Part shown: in pieces, positions 1 to 9,205 of the stretch
Position numbering within the stretch: the first letter of the stretch is position 1
Layout: each line of letters opens with the position of its first letter
DNA from: a virus
Lineage: Duplodnaviria; Caudoviricetes
Length of the DNA stretch: 24,963 bases
Reading direction: 5' to 3' (one strand)
Virus record (IMG/VR): IMGVR_UViG_3300048080_000238
Location: 1-24,963 of that record
Position numbers and translations under genes: made by a program
Notes under the pieces: generated by a model
The model's input: only the letters and a program-made list of their open reading frames with translations
The model's database searches: none
What the model was told of the DNA's origin: nothing

Positions 1-1980
1 CGCAATACCGTCGCTGGTGAAGCCTTCCATCTGGTCGATGTACGGCGTATCCACGCCATCCAGATAGGCGACCTCGATGGTGTCGCTGCCTTGCTTCGCC
101 GCCAGATACCAGGCCGACGATGAATTGTCGTCCAGACGCGGCTCGCCGATTACCTGGGCGAAGTTCTGGATTGGGTTGACCACGCCGGCGTTGACTTGGG
201 CGGTCGGTACCGACGTCGAGCGGATCAACTGGTTGGCCTGATCTTCCAGCGCGACCGGGCACAGTAGGTACGCAGGACGCACATTCAGCGTGCGGGTCTT
301 TTCGCCCTCCTTGGCCGGCTTGCCCTTCTGCAACGCCATGGCGGTTTTTGCCGCGCTCATGGCCGCGATCGACAGCGCCGAGCCGGCACCGGTGAACAGG
401 TTCTTGCGCGAGGCGTCGAACAGCGGTTTGCCGTCTTTCATCTTGCCGTTGTTGATCAGGGTGTCATACACCAGATCACCGATCGTTGCGCGAGCCGCGG
501 CCCCCATCAGACGCGGAATTGCGCTCAGGGCGTCGAGGTCGTCGTTGATGATCGCCTGACGGTTGATGCTGAAAATCTCGCCGTAGGTGGCCAGACGGAT
601 CGTCTCGCCGGTGTCGCCGAGGGTGATGTACTTGTATTCAGCACCTGGGCGAACTTCGCGCAGGGTCGACATCGAACCCAGCCCGACGCGGTTGGCCACC
701 TTGAAGTCGCTCAAGCGGCCTTGGCGCGTCCACAGCTGATAGGTTTCCTCGGCTTCCTCCCAACCTGCCAGCAACGAACGGTGCGAAGCATCCAGCAGGA
801 TGTTGCCGAAGTCGCTGGAATCATGGGTAAACGCCAGACCGACCATGTCCATTGGACGCAGGGTCGCCACCAGAATGCCGCGATCATGCAGCGAGGCGCG
901 GGCCAGCTCGCGCAAGGTCATGTGGTTGTAAGCGTTGTCCGCCTGGTTGGCTTCGATACCAAGGCGGCCCAACAACGACGCCTGCACCGAATCACCCACC
1001 AGATTGCCGTTATTGACATGCCCCGGGTGGCGCGCGCTGGTGGTCGGGGTGGTTACCGCACCGATCGCGGCCAGCAGCTTGGCGTTAGCGCCCTCCACGG
1101 TGCAGGCAATGTCATTCATGCAGGTGTCGCGAAGCGCTTGATGCGCCGCAAACGGGGCAAAAGCCGCGCTGATCGCGGTACGGCGAGACGCCTCGGCCGC
1201 TACACCCTGCGCCATGATTTGCTCAGGTGTCAGTGCAGTCGGGGCCGGAGCGTTTGGCGCCGGTACGATCGGAGCCGGTGGAGTCGTCGAGCCGCGCGGA
1301 TCGAACAGGTTTTTGAGAGATTCGGGCATTTTCTGGAAGTCCTGCATGCGTTGTGAATTGAGTTTTGCGAAGGTGTCCATCGACCCGACCAGCTCGTCAG
1401 CGAAACCCAGCTCGACCGCCTCGGCGCCGGTCATCCAGGTTTCAGCCGCGAGCAAGGCCTTGACCTCGTCGACAGACTTGCCGGTCTTGCTGGTGTAGGC
1501 CGCCACCAGAGAGTCCTCGACCTTGTCGAGCAAGTCGGCATAGCGGCGCATTTCGTCGGCGTCACCGCCCTGAATCCCCCACGGCTTATGCACCATGATC
1601 ATGGCGTTGGCCGGGATGCGGATCACGTCGGAAGCCATCAACACCACACTGCCCATCGAAGCGGCCAGACCATCCACCGTCCCCTCCACCCGTGCCGGGT
1701 GATTTTTCAGCAGGTTGTACATGGCCATGCCTTCGAACACGTCCCCGCCGGGGGAATGAACGTGCAGATTGATCTGTGACACGTCACCGAGGGCTTTCAG
1801 ATCGCGGGCAAACTGGTTGGCCGAGATACCCCAGGCGCCGATATCGCCGTACAGCATCAGGTCAACCACGCCACGCGCAGCAGCGCGGAGCTGATACCAG
1901 CTCTGCCCTGCGCCCGGTTCATCCTTCGACGGGGTCGCGCCCCGTGGCCGCATCAGCGGCTCTTTGCTTTGCATCATCAT
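1..1980 (-). CDS. ClpP-type prohead protease / major capsid protein fusion (3' end beyond window)
   Basis: Absent from the ORF track because it runs off the edge. Manual translation from ATG 1980 gives MMMQSKEPLMRPRG...LMLYGDIGAWGISANQF...INLHVHSPGGDVFEGMAMYNLL...DGLAASMGSVVLMA (ClpP S14 motifs). The same frame ends DTIEVAYLDGVDTPYIDQMEGFTSDGIA at base 1, a capsid-type C-terminal motif. It follows the portal. Confidence 0.9.
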   Translation of the reverse strand, partial: MMMQSKEPLMRPRGATPSKDEPGAGQSWYQLRAAARGVVDLMLYGDIGAWGISANQFARDLKALGDVSQINLHVHSPGGDVFEGMAMYNLLKNHPARVEGTVDGLAASMGSVVLMASDVIRIPANAMIMVHKPWGIQGGDADEMRRYADLLDKVEDSLVAAYTSKTGKSVDEVKALLAAETWMTGAEAVELGFADELVGSMDTFAKLNSQRMQDFQKMPESLKNLFDPRGSTTPPAPIVPAPNAPAPTALTPEQIMAQGVAAEASRRTAISAAFAPFAAHQALRDTCMNDIACTVEGANAKLLAAIGAVTTPTTSARHPGHVNNGNLVGDSVQASLLGRLGIEANQADNAYNHMTLRELARASLHDRGILVATLRPMDMVGLAFTHDSSDFGNILLDASHRSLLAGWEEAEETYQLWTRQGRLSDFKVANRVGLGSMSTLREVRPGAEYKYITLGDTGETIRLATYGEIFSINRQAIINDDLDALSAIPRLMGAAARATIGDLVYDTLINNGKMKDGKPLFDASRKNLFTGAGSALSIAAMSAAKTAMALQKGKPAKEGEKTRTLNVRPAYLLCPVALEDQANQLIRSTSVPTAQVNAGVVNPIQNFAQVIGEPRLDDNSSSAWYLAAKQGSDTIEVAYLDGVDTPYIDQMEGFTSDGIA

Positions 1981-3454
1981 TGGGCTGATTCTTCCCGTAA
2001 ATTTGGTGGTAAAAGTCCGAGCTAAACACCAGCTCACTCTCGCGGTTCGCGGCGATTTCCGCCTTGCGCGACGCCTTGAGTTCTGAAGGATTGCGCTGCC
2101 GCGATCGGGCCACTTCGGCCTCGTCTGCAAAGCCGGCCTCAACCAGAATCTTCCACGCCGTGGCCTCATGCACCGGATTGATCCAGGGCATTACCGGGCC
2201 TTGATAGAACGCGCCGTAGATCGTTCTCGGATCGACGTCGACGGGCACAACCAGTTGGCCGCTCAGGATCGCCAGTTGCAGCCACTGGCGATAAACCGGA
2301 CGACACCAGTAGTCGATGAATTCGTGCTGCAGCAGGTCGTAACCCAACTGGCCTTCAACCAGCTCCTGACGCTGCGCCGAATAGGTGCCGTCATAGCTGC
2401 GCGCCACACTGGAGTAAGTGCCACGCGTGCCCGCCGCGACCGCCTTGAGCTGACCATTGCGGAACCCCTCAAGGAACGGGTTCGGCCGGTTGCTTTCGAT
2501 CATCCCGACGTCTTCGCCGGGCAGCAGCGTGTCGATCACGATCCCCGGCGCGATCGGAAAGGTTCGCTCTGCGCGTACCTGACCTTCGGCCGGCGGAATG
2601 TAATCGTCAGGAAGCCCCTTCTTGATGTACATGGCCAACGCCGCACTGATCCGCGCCGCGACCCGCTCGCTTTCCTCGTAGTCCTTGATATCCGCCAAGC
2701 GGATCAACACCGCGTGCAGCAACGGCTGGCCACGGTTCTGGCCAATGCGCTTACGGTGCGCGATGTGAATCATCTGCTCGGCTGGCACGCGCTTGGTGTT
2801 CTGCGCGAAAACCCCGCGCTGATCCCCCGGGTGGGACTTGAGCAGGTGGTAAGCGCGCTTGCGCCGCCATGCATTGCGCTCGATGCCCTGGACGATGCCC
2901 TTGGACAGGTCGGTGTATTCAATGGGCAGGTAATCCGGCTCCAGCAGCTCCAGCGCAAACGGCACACCGTGCAGATGGTCATAGCCGGGCACCTTGCCCA
3001 TCAGCATTTGCGCCAACGCCTCGCCGTCACGCAGCCAGGTGCGGCACACCAGTCGCTCCATCTGCGGCCGACTCAACTCCCCGGACGCTTCAGGCTTGAG
3101 CGACCATTCCCCCCATAGCGCCTTGATCTGCGCAGCAAACGCCACGTTGATCGTGCCGTCATACCCCAGCGGAATCGGTTCCACCGCAATACCCGGACCG
3201 CCCACCACCCGCTCTTCCAGACGATCAAACAGACCCGTGACAATGTCGTGGTCTTCGTCCAGCTTGCGGCACTGGTCACGCAGCGATTTCAGCGTTTTGT
3301 TCAGCGAGGCATCTGCGCTTTTGGTTTGCTTCTTGGCCTTGTGCGTGCGCGTCACCGTCGCGGCTTCAAAGGCCATGATCACGTTACGCGCCCGCAACCG
3401 CTCGGCGACAAAACCCGGGAATAGCGGCGCCAGGGCCTTGTCCAGCAGGTTCAT
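1919..3454 (-). CDS. Phage portal protein, lambda family
   Basis: 511 aa with RTWLRDGE, GIERNAWRR, RGQPLLHAV, YSAQRQELVE and PWINPVHE motifs typical of lambda gpB-like portals. It lies between gpW-like and the protease. Confidence 0.93.
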   Translation of the reverse strand: MNLLDKALAPLFPGFVAERLRARNVIMAFEAATVTRTHKAKKQTKSADASLNKTLKSLRDQCRKLDEDHDIVTGLFDRLEERVVGGPGIAVEPIPLGYDGTINVAFAAQIKALWGEWSLKPEASGELSRPQMERLVCRTWLRDGEALAQMLMGKVPGYDHLHGVPFALELLEPDYLPIEYTDLSKGIVQGIERNAWRRKRAYHLLKSHPGDQRGVFAQNTKRVPAEQMIHIAHRKRIGQNRGQPLLHAVLIRLADIKDYEESERVAARISAALAMYIKKGLPDDYIPPAEGQVRAERTFPIAPGIVIDTLLPGEDVGMIESNRPNPFLEGFRNGQLKAVAAGTRGTYSSVARSYDGTYSAQRQELVEGQLGYDLLQHEFIDYWCRPVYRQWLQLAILSGQLVVPVDVDPRTIYGAFYQGPVMPWINPVHEATAWKILVEAGFADEAEVARSRQRNPSELKASRKAEIAANRESELVFSSDFYHQIYGKNQPNDDAKQRAADAATGRDPVEG

Positions 3455-3660
3455 TCAAACGACGCCAGGGAAAAACCCGGACGCCCTCCGCGCTGCATCT
3501 GGGCCACGCGCCGCTCCCACTCCATCCGGCCTTGCCTGATTTGGGGCAGATCCGCCATGACGACACGCCGGCCGTTGAACTGCACGTCCTTTCCGGCCAG
3601 TACGTCCGCCTCGGCTTGCAGGTACTTATCAAGCATTTCCTGAGGTGTTAACGCAGCCAT
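3451..3660 (-). CDS. Head completion / head-tail joining protein (gpW-like)
   Basis: 69 aa, YLQAEADVLAGKDVQFNGRRVVMADLPQIRQGR. It occupies the gpW position between terL and portal, with an ATGA overlap into the portal. Confidence 0.78.
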   Translation of the reverse strand: MAALTPQEMLDKYLQAEADVLAGKDVQFNGRRVVMADLPQIRQGRMEWERRVAQMQRGGRPGFSLASFE

Positions 3661-5717
3661 GCGCTCGCTCCTGTATCAATCCAGCCGCCGGCGGCAGGCT
3701 GGTGGTCTGGTTGAGATGGGATCGGCGTCGGGGCCGGTTCTGGCTTTGGCTCCGGCTCAGCGGCCGGCACCTGGGGCTCGTCGTCCGATTCGTCTGAATC
3801 GTCCGGTTCATCTGGATCGTCCGGCTCTTCCTCATCACTCGCTGCCGAGTTCTGCCGAGCCAGATACTCCAGATCGAGGCCGAATTTCTCCTGACAGATG
3901 CGTAGCGCCGCCAAGGCATACACAAAGCAGTCGAGCGCCTCGTTGCGCTTCTTGCTGGCATCCCAGCGAAGCACCCGGCGCCCTCGGGCCATGATCCATT
4001 TCTTGGTTTCACTGGTGAGCTGCTTCAGCTCGTCGCCGTCGCAGATCTGGTCGTCGGCAGGAAAATGCACCAGCCCCGGCACCGGACGATCGCCGTCCGG
4101 CTGGAGCTTGAGGCGGTTGTAAATCACCTCTTTGGCGTTGTCGGTACCAATTTCCGTCAGGTAGGTTTTGGACTTCTTTTCCTTGCGGCGCGGGAAGCTC
4201 GCAATCGGCTTACCGTAGGTGCTCGCCCCGAAAATCGGGATCACCCAATGAACGCCATGCTTGCGGCTTTCCGCCCGGACAGCGTCCGAGTGGTGGCCGC
4301 CGGAGTCCCAGCACCAACGCTCGACCCGCATCACTGCGCCGTCTGCCCGGGTGTACATGCGATGCAGCTCACGCCCGACTTTGCGCTTGAGAACCGCGCT
4401 GTCTGGGTCGCCGTACAGAATCTTGCGATAAATCAACCACGCTTCTTCGCCAGCACCCCAGCCCCACACACGCAATTCGTAACGGTCATCTTGGGTGTCA
4501 ATCGAGCCAGTCAAGACAACAACGCGCGGCGGCACCTGGGCGGCGTAAACCTCTCGCCGGGCGTGCAGCAATTCCCAATCGACTTTCTCGGTCTGGTCTT
4601 CTTCCCACGTCTCGCCCAGCGTGGTGTTGGTAAACGTCTTGAGCTTGCCCCGATCCTTGCCGGCCTTGACCCGCTCGTCGGCGATCTTTACCCAGGTGGT
4701 AAACGTCGAATACACCGTCCAGATATGGAACGTGAGACGGCGCGGGGTGCGCATCGGCGCGTCGTCCGCCTCGAACCACTCCATGCTGTCGCGCGTCCAG
4801 ATCCCGGTTTTTTCGCAGATGTACCGACCTGAGCGTGACGCCTCAATCATCTCGTGATGTTCGAACGTGCAGCCGTTACCGGACTCGCACAAATACCAGG
4901 CCTTGACGACCTCGCCGCGTTCATCCTTCAGCCACTTGATCCCTAACGGCTCATCCGGCCCGCCCCACTTCAGCGTTTGTTCTGTTCGGCAGTGCGGACA
5001 GCGAATATGAAAACGCATCAGATAGGCCGATTCCTCGGCCGCCCGGGTGATCTGGCAGGTGCCAGCAAGCTTGGGCGTGGAGCCGCGAATTGACTTGGGG
5101 TAGGTCGCCCCTTCCAGGCGCTTGTCGCCAAGGAAGGTCGGTGAACCTTCGCCGTCGATATCCTCATCAAAGTTCGACAGCTCGTCATAACCCACTTCAT
5201 CCGGGCTTTTCTCCCGGTAGTTACCGCCGGCTGTACCGCCCAGCCACCACAGCACCTTGCGGTTTTCAAAGACCTTGGATTCTTGGGTGTTGTCGCCGTG
5301 TTTCTTTCCGCACCAGGGTGCCAGAGCCTTGATCACCGGCACGTCGCGAATCATCGGATCGACGTGTTTTTTCATGATGTCTTTGGCGTCGTCGTCGGTC
5401 GGACTCCACATGCAGACGCTGCGTTTCTTGTGTTCGATCTTGTAGGCGATGTTCGCCACCAACATCTTGGTGTAGCCAACCCGCGCCGACTTCAGCAGGT
5501 TCAGTTCTTCGATCAGGTCATTGCCCATGGCGTTAAGCAAGGGCACCTGAAAGGCCTCGGTCGTCCACTTGCCCTCCCCATAGGAGGACTCCGACGACAT
5601 GTAGAAATATTCGTCTGCCCACTCGACCGCCGTCATCGGGGCATCTTTGTGCAGGCTTTTCAGCCCGCGCCGGACAGCGTCAACCAGTGGCCTCATCCAA
5701 GGAGGCGATGTACTCAT
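3648..5717 (-). CDS. Terminase large subunit, lambda gpA family
   Basis: Walker A KSARVGYTKM, Walker B GYDELSNF, GSTPK, CPHC, SIDTQDDR and RNEALDC motifs. Likely start is ATG 5717 (MSTSPPW), overlapping terS. Confidence 0.95.
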   Translation of the reverse strand: MSTSPPWMRPLVDAVRRGLKSLHKDAPMTAVEWADEYFYMSSESSYGEGKWTTEAFQVPLLNAMGNDLIEELNLLKSARVGYTKMLVANIAYKIEHKKRSVCMWSPTDDDAKDIMKKHVDPMIRDVPVIKALAPWCGKKHGDNTQESKVFENRKVLWWLGGTAGGNYREKSPDEVGYDELSNFDEDIDGEGSPTFLGDKRLEGATYPKSIRGSTPKLAGTCQITRAAEESAYLMRFHIRCPHCRTEQTLKWGGPDEPLGIKWLKDERGEVVKAWYLCESGNGCTFEHHEMIEASRSGRYICEKTGIWTRDSMEWFEADDAPMRTPRRLTFHIWTVYSTFTTWVKIADERVKAGKDRGKLKTFTNTTLGETWEEDQTEKVDWELLHARREVYAAQVPPRVVVLTGSIDTQDDRYELRVWGWGAGEEAWLIYRKILYGDPDSAVLKRKVGRELHRMYTRADGAVMRVERWCWDSGGHHSDAVRAESRKHGVHWVIPIFGASTYGKPIASFPRRKEKKSKTYLTEIGTDNAKEVIYNRLKLQPDGDRPVPGLVHFPADDQICDGDELKQLTSETKKWIMARGRRVLRWDASKKRNEALDCFVYALAALRICQEKFGLDLEYLARQNSAASDEEEPDDPDEPDDSDESDDEPQVPAAEPEPKPEPAPTPIPSQPDHQPAAGGWIDTGASAWLR

Positions 5718-6225
5718 CCAAAAGCTCCGGTATGCGGTCAGCCAACCCGACAGCAGCGTTACGCGTAACGGCAATCTCGTTCTCGACCGCATCAAGGTGA
5801 CGCACGGCGATATCGGGGTGCTTGCGCTTTACGCTCTTGGGGATGGTGTTCAGGGTTGAGGCCAACTGCGCCGACAGGCTGGACAGTGCAAAGATCATGA
5901 ATCCGACCGGGACAAGCTCCTTGTCGCCGACCTTGTTTTTGCGCGCCTGGGCGTCGGCCTGCTCCCGGGTCAGTCGCAGACGCTCGCAATCGATCTTGTA
6001 ACCAATCAGCGGATCGACTTCTTCGGAGCCAGGTTGTTGCTTTCCTGTTTGGTGTTGAAGGCGGTTATCGACCACTGACCGGACGTCATAAAAGGACTCG
6101 CGACCGATCTTGGCAACCGCCACGACCCCCCATTTATCGAAGGCCTGCGTCGTGATACCCAGGCTTTCAGCCATGCGGGATTTGTTTAGCCATTCAGGCT
6201 TACGAGTGATCGATGGATTAGCCAT
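5680..6225 (-). CDS. Terminase small subunit (Nu1-like)
   Basis: N-terminal winged HTH (LNKSRMAESLGITTQAFDKWG) and ERLRLTREQADAQARKN coiled coil, directly upstream of terL. Likely start is ATG 6225 (MANPS). Confidence 0.9.
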   Translation of the reverse strand: MANPSITRKPEWLNKSRMAESLGITTQAFDKWGVVAVAKIGRESFYDVRSVVDNRLQHQTGKQQPGSEEVDPLIGYKIDCERLRLTREQADAQARKNKVGDKELVPVGFMIFALSSLSAQLASTLNTIPKSVKRKHPDIAVRHLDAVENEIAVTRNAAVGLADRIPELLDEYIASLDEATG

Positions 6226-6244
6226 AACTACACAACAACCAACC

Positions 6245-6322
6245 TCTGAAAATGGGTCATACATAGCGAAGAAGCGGGGCCCGAATTACCCCCTATGGGG
6301 GTGGGGTCTGGGAGTACCTTTT
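6245..6322 (-). other. Putative cos packaging site (cosQ-cosN-I2-like)
   Basis: Minus strand reads AGGTACTCCC...GGGGGTAATTCGGGCCCCGC-TTCTTCGCTATGTATGACCCATTTTC just upstream of terS. The last part resembles the lambda segment right of cosN (TTTTCGCTATTTATGAAAATTTTCC). The exact nick positions cannot be determined here. Confidence 0.65.
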
Positions 6323-6405
6323 GGGTTTACCCCCGGGCGCCCCTGTCAAGCGGAAATCGCACGAAAAGCACCCCTTTTTCTACATTTCGTAGCCTCGACG
6401 TCCAG

Positions 6406-7137
6406 TCACCGCGCCGTCGCCCGAGCATCGGCGAATGCCTGTGTAACCTCGGCCGAGTGATGGGCCTTTACGATGTTCTCGGCGATCTTGAAGAACGGGA
6501 AAATGGTGCGGTAACGAGGCGCCGAGGCACTGAAGACAAAGACCGGACGGACTTCATCGCCCTTGGTTTTGCGCTCCCACACCGCCCGCGTGCCGTCGAC
6601 CTCACTGGAGAAGAACCGATGGGCATTGCCCTTGCGCTTACTTCGGGCGCTGCCACTGGCATTAGCCTGATAGCCCGACCGCGTCTCGGCCGAACCCAAA
6701 CCCGACAGGATTTTGGTCATGGTGCCGCGCGACACGTTGCCGTACTGATTCATGAATGGCGTAGTGGGCACCGCGTACTCGCTGGCCTGCATGATGCCGC
6801 GAGCGATCAGCGCCTTCTCGAAACGTTTGTGGGGCCGAATGCCGCCACTGACCGCTTGCTGTAGATAGGCATCAGCCGGAACGCCTGACGCCCATGAGTC
6901 TTTGAAGTAGACCTGCGCAGGCTTGACCTTAGTGGCTGCCTTCATAAACAGGCTATTCAGCGTGGTCGGCGTCGGCCGATCAAGCCGGGCCTTCATCACC
7001 GGCAGCATGCCCTTCTTGACCCGCTGGGCCAGCCGGGTCGCTGCAAGCATCTGCACAAACGGCAATTGCCGATGCTCGATGTCGTCCAGCTCCCATAGAA
7101 GCGGCGCTGAATCCAATCCAAAGCCTATTTTTAACAT
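6406..7137 (-). CDS. Conserved prophage late protein, basic (possibly neck / gpZ-like morphogenesis protein)
   Basis: 243 aa with a GAGG RBS, between holin and cos; contains LDRPTPTT and RPHKRFEKAL motifs. Function is inferred only. Confidence 0.6.
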   Translation of the reverse strand: MLKIGFGLDSAPLLWELDDIEHRQLPFVQMLAATRLAQRVKKGMLPVMKARLDRPTPTTLNSLFMKAATKVKPAQVYFKDSWASGVPADAYLQQAVSGGIRPHKRFEKALIARGIMQASEYAVPTTPFMNQYGNVSRGTMTKILSGLGSAETRSGYQANASGSARSKRKGNAHRFFSSEVDGTRAVWERKTKGDEVRPVFVFSASAPRYRTIFPFFKIAENIVKAHHSAEVTQAFADARATAR

Positions 7138-7169
7138 CGCGCCTCCCTCTCCCTCTCCCGCTCAGAGTT

Positions 7170-7514
7170 CTACTGACCGCTCACATTGCGTCCTGTCGGT
7201 GGGGCGCTGACTCCCGCCTTTCTAGCCAAAAATTGCGTGTACAGGCCGCCCGCAACATCGGCACCAATAACCGCGATAACGATGCCCAATCCTGCTGCCA
7301 GGTATAGGTTGTTCCAAAGAGCCATTGCTAGCAGCAAAGTGGCCATACCCAAAAGACCAGATGCCAGAAAGCGCAAAGCCACGCGCTGCAGGATCTGACG
7401 CAGTCCAAGATCGCTACCTGATGCCCTCAGCATCTCCCCAGACAGACCCGCCATGCTTAACAGTATCAACAGCCAAAGGGGTACATCGGCGAGAGCTTGA
7501 TGCTCCGTACTCAT
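7170..7514 (-). CDS. Phage holin
   Basis: 114 aa with three hydrophobic segments and a basic C-terminus; GAGGA RBS; first gene after the late leader. Confidence 0.8.
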   Translation of the reverse strand: MSTEHQALADVPLWLLILLSMAGLSGEMLRASGSDLGLRQILQRVALRFLASGLLGMATLLLAMALWNNLYLAAGLGIVIAVIGADVAGGLYTQFLARKAGVSAPPTGRNVSGQ

Positions 7515-7593
7515 CTGTAGTCCTCAAATAGGTTCGGCCTCCATGTCACTGTCATCCGCGCAGAGCAAAGAGCCAGGCATGGGGCCGAAAACG

Positions 7594-7620
7594 AAAAAGC
7601 CCCGCTCGATGGCAGGGCTT
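7594..7620 (-). terminator. Intrinsic terminator 2 of late leader (tR'-like)
   Basis: Minus strand AAGCCCTGCCATCGAGCGGGGCTTTTT: GC stem plus U-tract. Confidence 0.75.
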
Positions 7621-7632
7621 GTAGGTAGGTAC

Positions 7633-7661
7633 AAAAAACCCGACTCGATGGCCGGGTTTTT
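7633..7661 (-). terminator. Intrinsic terminator 1 of late leader (tR'-like)
   Basis: Minus strand AAAAACCCGGCCATCGAGTCGGGTTTTTT: stem plus U6. Confidence 0.8.
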
Positions 7662-7677
7662 GAAAGCGTCTCGCTGC

Positions 7678-7803
7678 GTTCACAGCAGTTCACAGCAGTT
7701 CACAGCAGTTCACAGCAGTTCACAGCAGTTCACAGCAGTTCACAGCAGTTCACAGCAGTTCACAGCAGTTCACAGCAGTTCACAGCAGTTCACAGCAGTT
7801 CAC
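7678..7803. repeat. Perfect tandem repeat (GTTCACAGCA)x12 plus a partial GTTCAC
   Basis: Counted directly: twelve identical CACAGCAGTT blocks fill 7681-7800. Confidence 0.98.
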
Positions 7804-7845
7804 GCTGCTATAAAAACAAATCTATTCCGCGCGGAAAAGCCTTTT
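7804..7845 (-). promoter_or_regulatory. Putative late promoter pR' with palindromic Q-loading element TTCCGCGCGGAA (7825-7836)
   Basis: Perfect 12-bp palindrome followed on the minus strand by the AT-rich TTTTTATAGC (-10-like). It is upstream of the terminators and holin and downstream of Q. The -35 box is not clearly assignable. Confidence 0.55.
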
Positions 7846-7992
7846 TTACTCACTGGGGGTATTTCCAGGATGCATACCAACGCCTCACAACCCAAGCCAG
7901 TTAAAACCTGAACTGCTTAAGAAATCTCAAGCGCTGAAAACTTATTCAGGCAGCGTGCTAGAGTCTCAAAATAGAAACTCTTAAAAACCCTT

Positions 7993-9030
7993 TTAAAGAC
8001 CAAGATAAAAAGGAACCTTAAACCAAATCACCCCGTCCTTTGTGGACCACACATCATAAACATGCCCCCCACCAACGCCGCCATTGACTCTGTTGCTGGG
8101 GTGAACGTCATACCCACATTCGCTCAGATACTGATAGCTCAAGGCCATTGATTCTTGACCAGTTCTCGCATTTTTAAAGAAAAATGCTGTTTCTTTTGTT
8201 TTTCCATCCCCTTCTGGCACTGGCTTTTTGCTTGAGAAGACGTTTGTTATTTTCGCCCCCTTCTGGAAACAAATCTCTACATGATTGTGAGCGCGCCACG
8301 TAAGACCAGGATAAAGAGTACCATTTATTTTGGCGCTAAAATCTAGAAGCCCAACCGCAATAGATGCAATCTTTATAATGGTCTCATCAGAATTCTCTCT
8401 ACTTCCTATCTTACCTTTTCCAAGCTCACCGGCAGAAATAAGATAATTGTTACCGAAATTAGGATGGACAAACTCACACAGATAATCATAAGAATCTGAG
8501 GCATCCAAGGCCTTCAAAGTTAAAGCCTTTATCGCCGTATTAACATGTATCGCCTCTGAATCTTTCGTAGAATCTTTTGTTTTGCCTTTACCTGCATATG
8601 TGCGCTGCAAAACCAATTCGGCTTTAGAAATTATTTTATCTATTTTTTCTGGCGAGCCTTGATCCTTTAGACCATCTAGCATCTCCTCGACTGCATCCAT
8701 GCAATACGTAAGGGTGGCGACCTGTTCTAAGAGCGAACGGCAATTATTTGCTAGCGATAGTGGATTATTTGTCTCCAAAGCACTAAGCATACCTTTCGCG
8801 AGCAAATAATACTTATACTTGAAAAGTTCAACACAGTAAAATGAATGATCTGCCACATAATATAATCGCTTAGATATTACATTAAGTGGTGCACGCAAAT
8901 TTTCAGACTTGTTCTTGACTACAGTCCTAAGCCCCTCAAACCTAGAGTCGTGATCTCTAAGAAACTCATGCTTCTCAGCCTCCGTCACATACTCGCCCAA
9001 AAACGCCAGCACCAAATCTGCCTTATCCAT
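7993..9030 (-). CDS. AT-rich moron, HEPN-like protein
   Basis: 345 aa, clearly more AT-rich than the phage core. CRSLLEQ and YDYLCEFVHPN resemble the two conserved helices of HEPN/DUF5677-like domains. Confidence 0.6.
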   Translation of the reverse strand: MDKADLVLAFLGEYVTEAEKHEFLRDHDSRFEGLRTVVKNKSENLRAPLNVISKRLYYVADHSFYCVELFKYKYYLLAKGMLSALETNNPLSLANNCRSLLEQVATLTYCMDAVEEMLDGLKDQGSPEKIDKIISKAELVLQRTYAGKGKTKDSTKDSEAIHVNTAIKALTLKALDASDSYDYLCEFVHPNFGNNYLISAGELGKGKIGSRENSDETIIKIASIAVGLLDFSAKINGTLYPGLTWRAHNHVEICFQKGAKITNVFSSKKPVPEGDGKTKETAFFFKNARTGQESMALSYQYLSECGYDVHPSNRVNGGVGGGHVYDVWSTKDGVIWFKVPFYLGL

Positions 9031-9205
9031 TTTTCTTCCCTAGGAGTGCCTACGATAAAATCAGAAACCAGCTCAAATTCTGATATCAAAAACCAAGATC
9101 AGTCAGATTGACTTTTGCTCTATTACAAACCAAAAAAGCGGATATTAATTAAACCACTTACCTTAAGAAAATCAATAGCAAAAACTCAATGCCACTCTAA
9201 ACTCG

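Noticed and set aside
290-6864. Many long + strand ORFs (e.g. 721-1356, 2168-3118, 4065-4832)
   Set aside because: They are antisense shadows of GC-rich head genes with no recognisable motifs.
7678-7803. CRISPR array
   Set aside because: Units are contiguous 10-mers with no spacers, and no cas genes are present.
7543-7911. 122-aa ORF with HSSSQQFTAV repeats
   Set aside because: It is a by-product of a stop-free 10-bp repeat, antisense to the late leader and crossing terminators.
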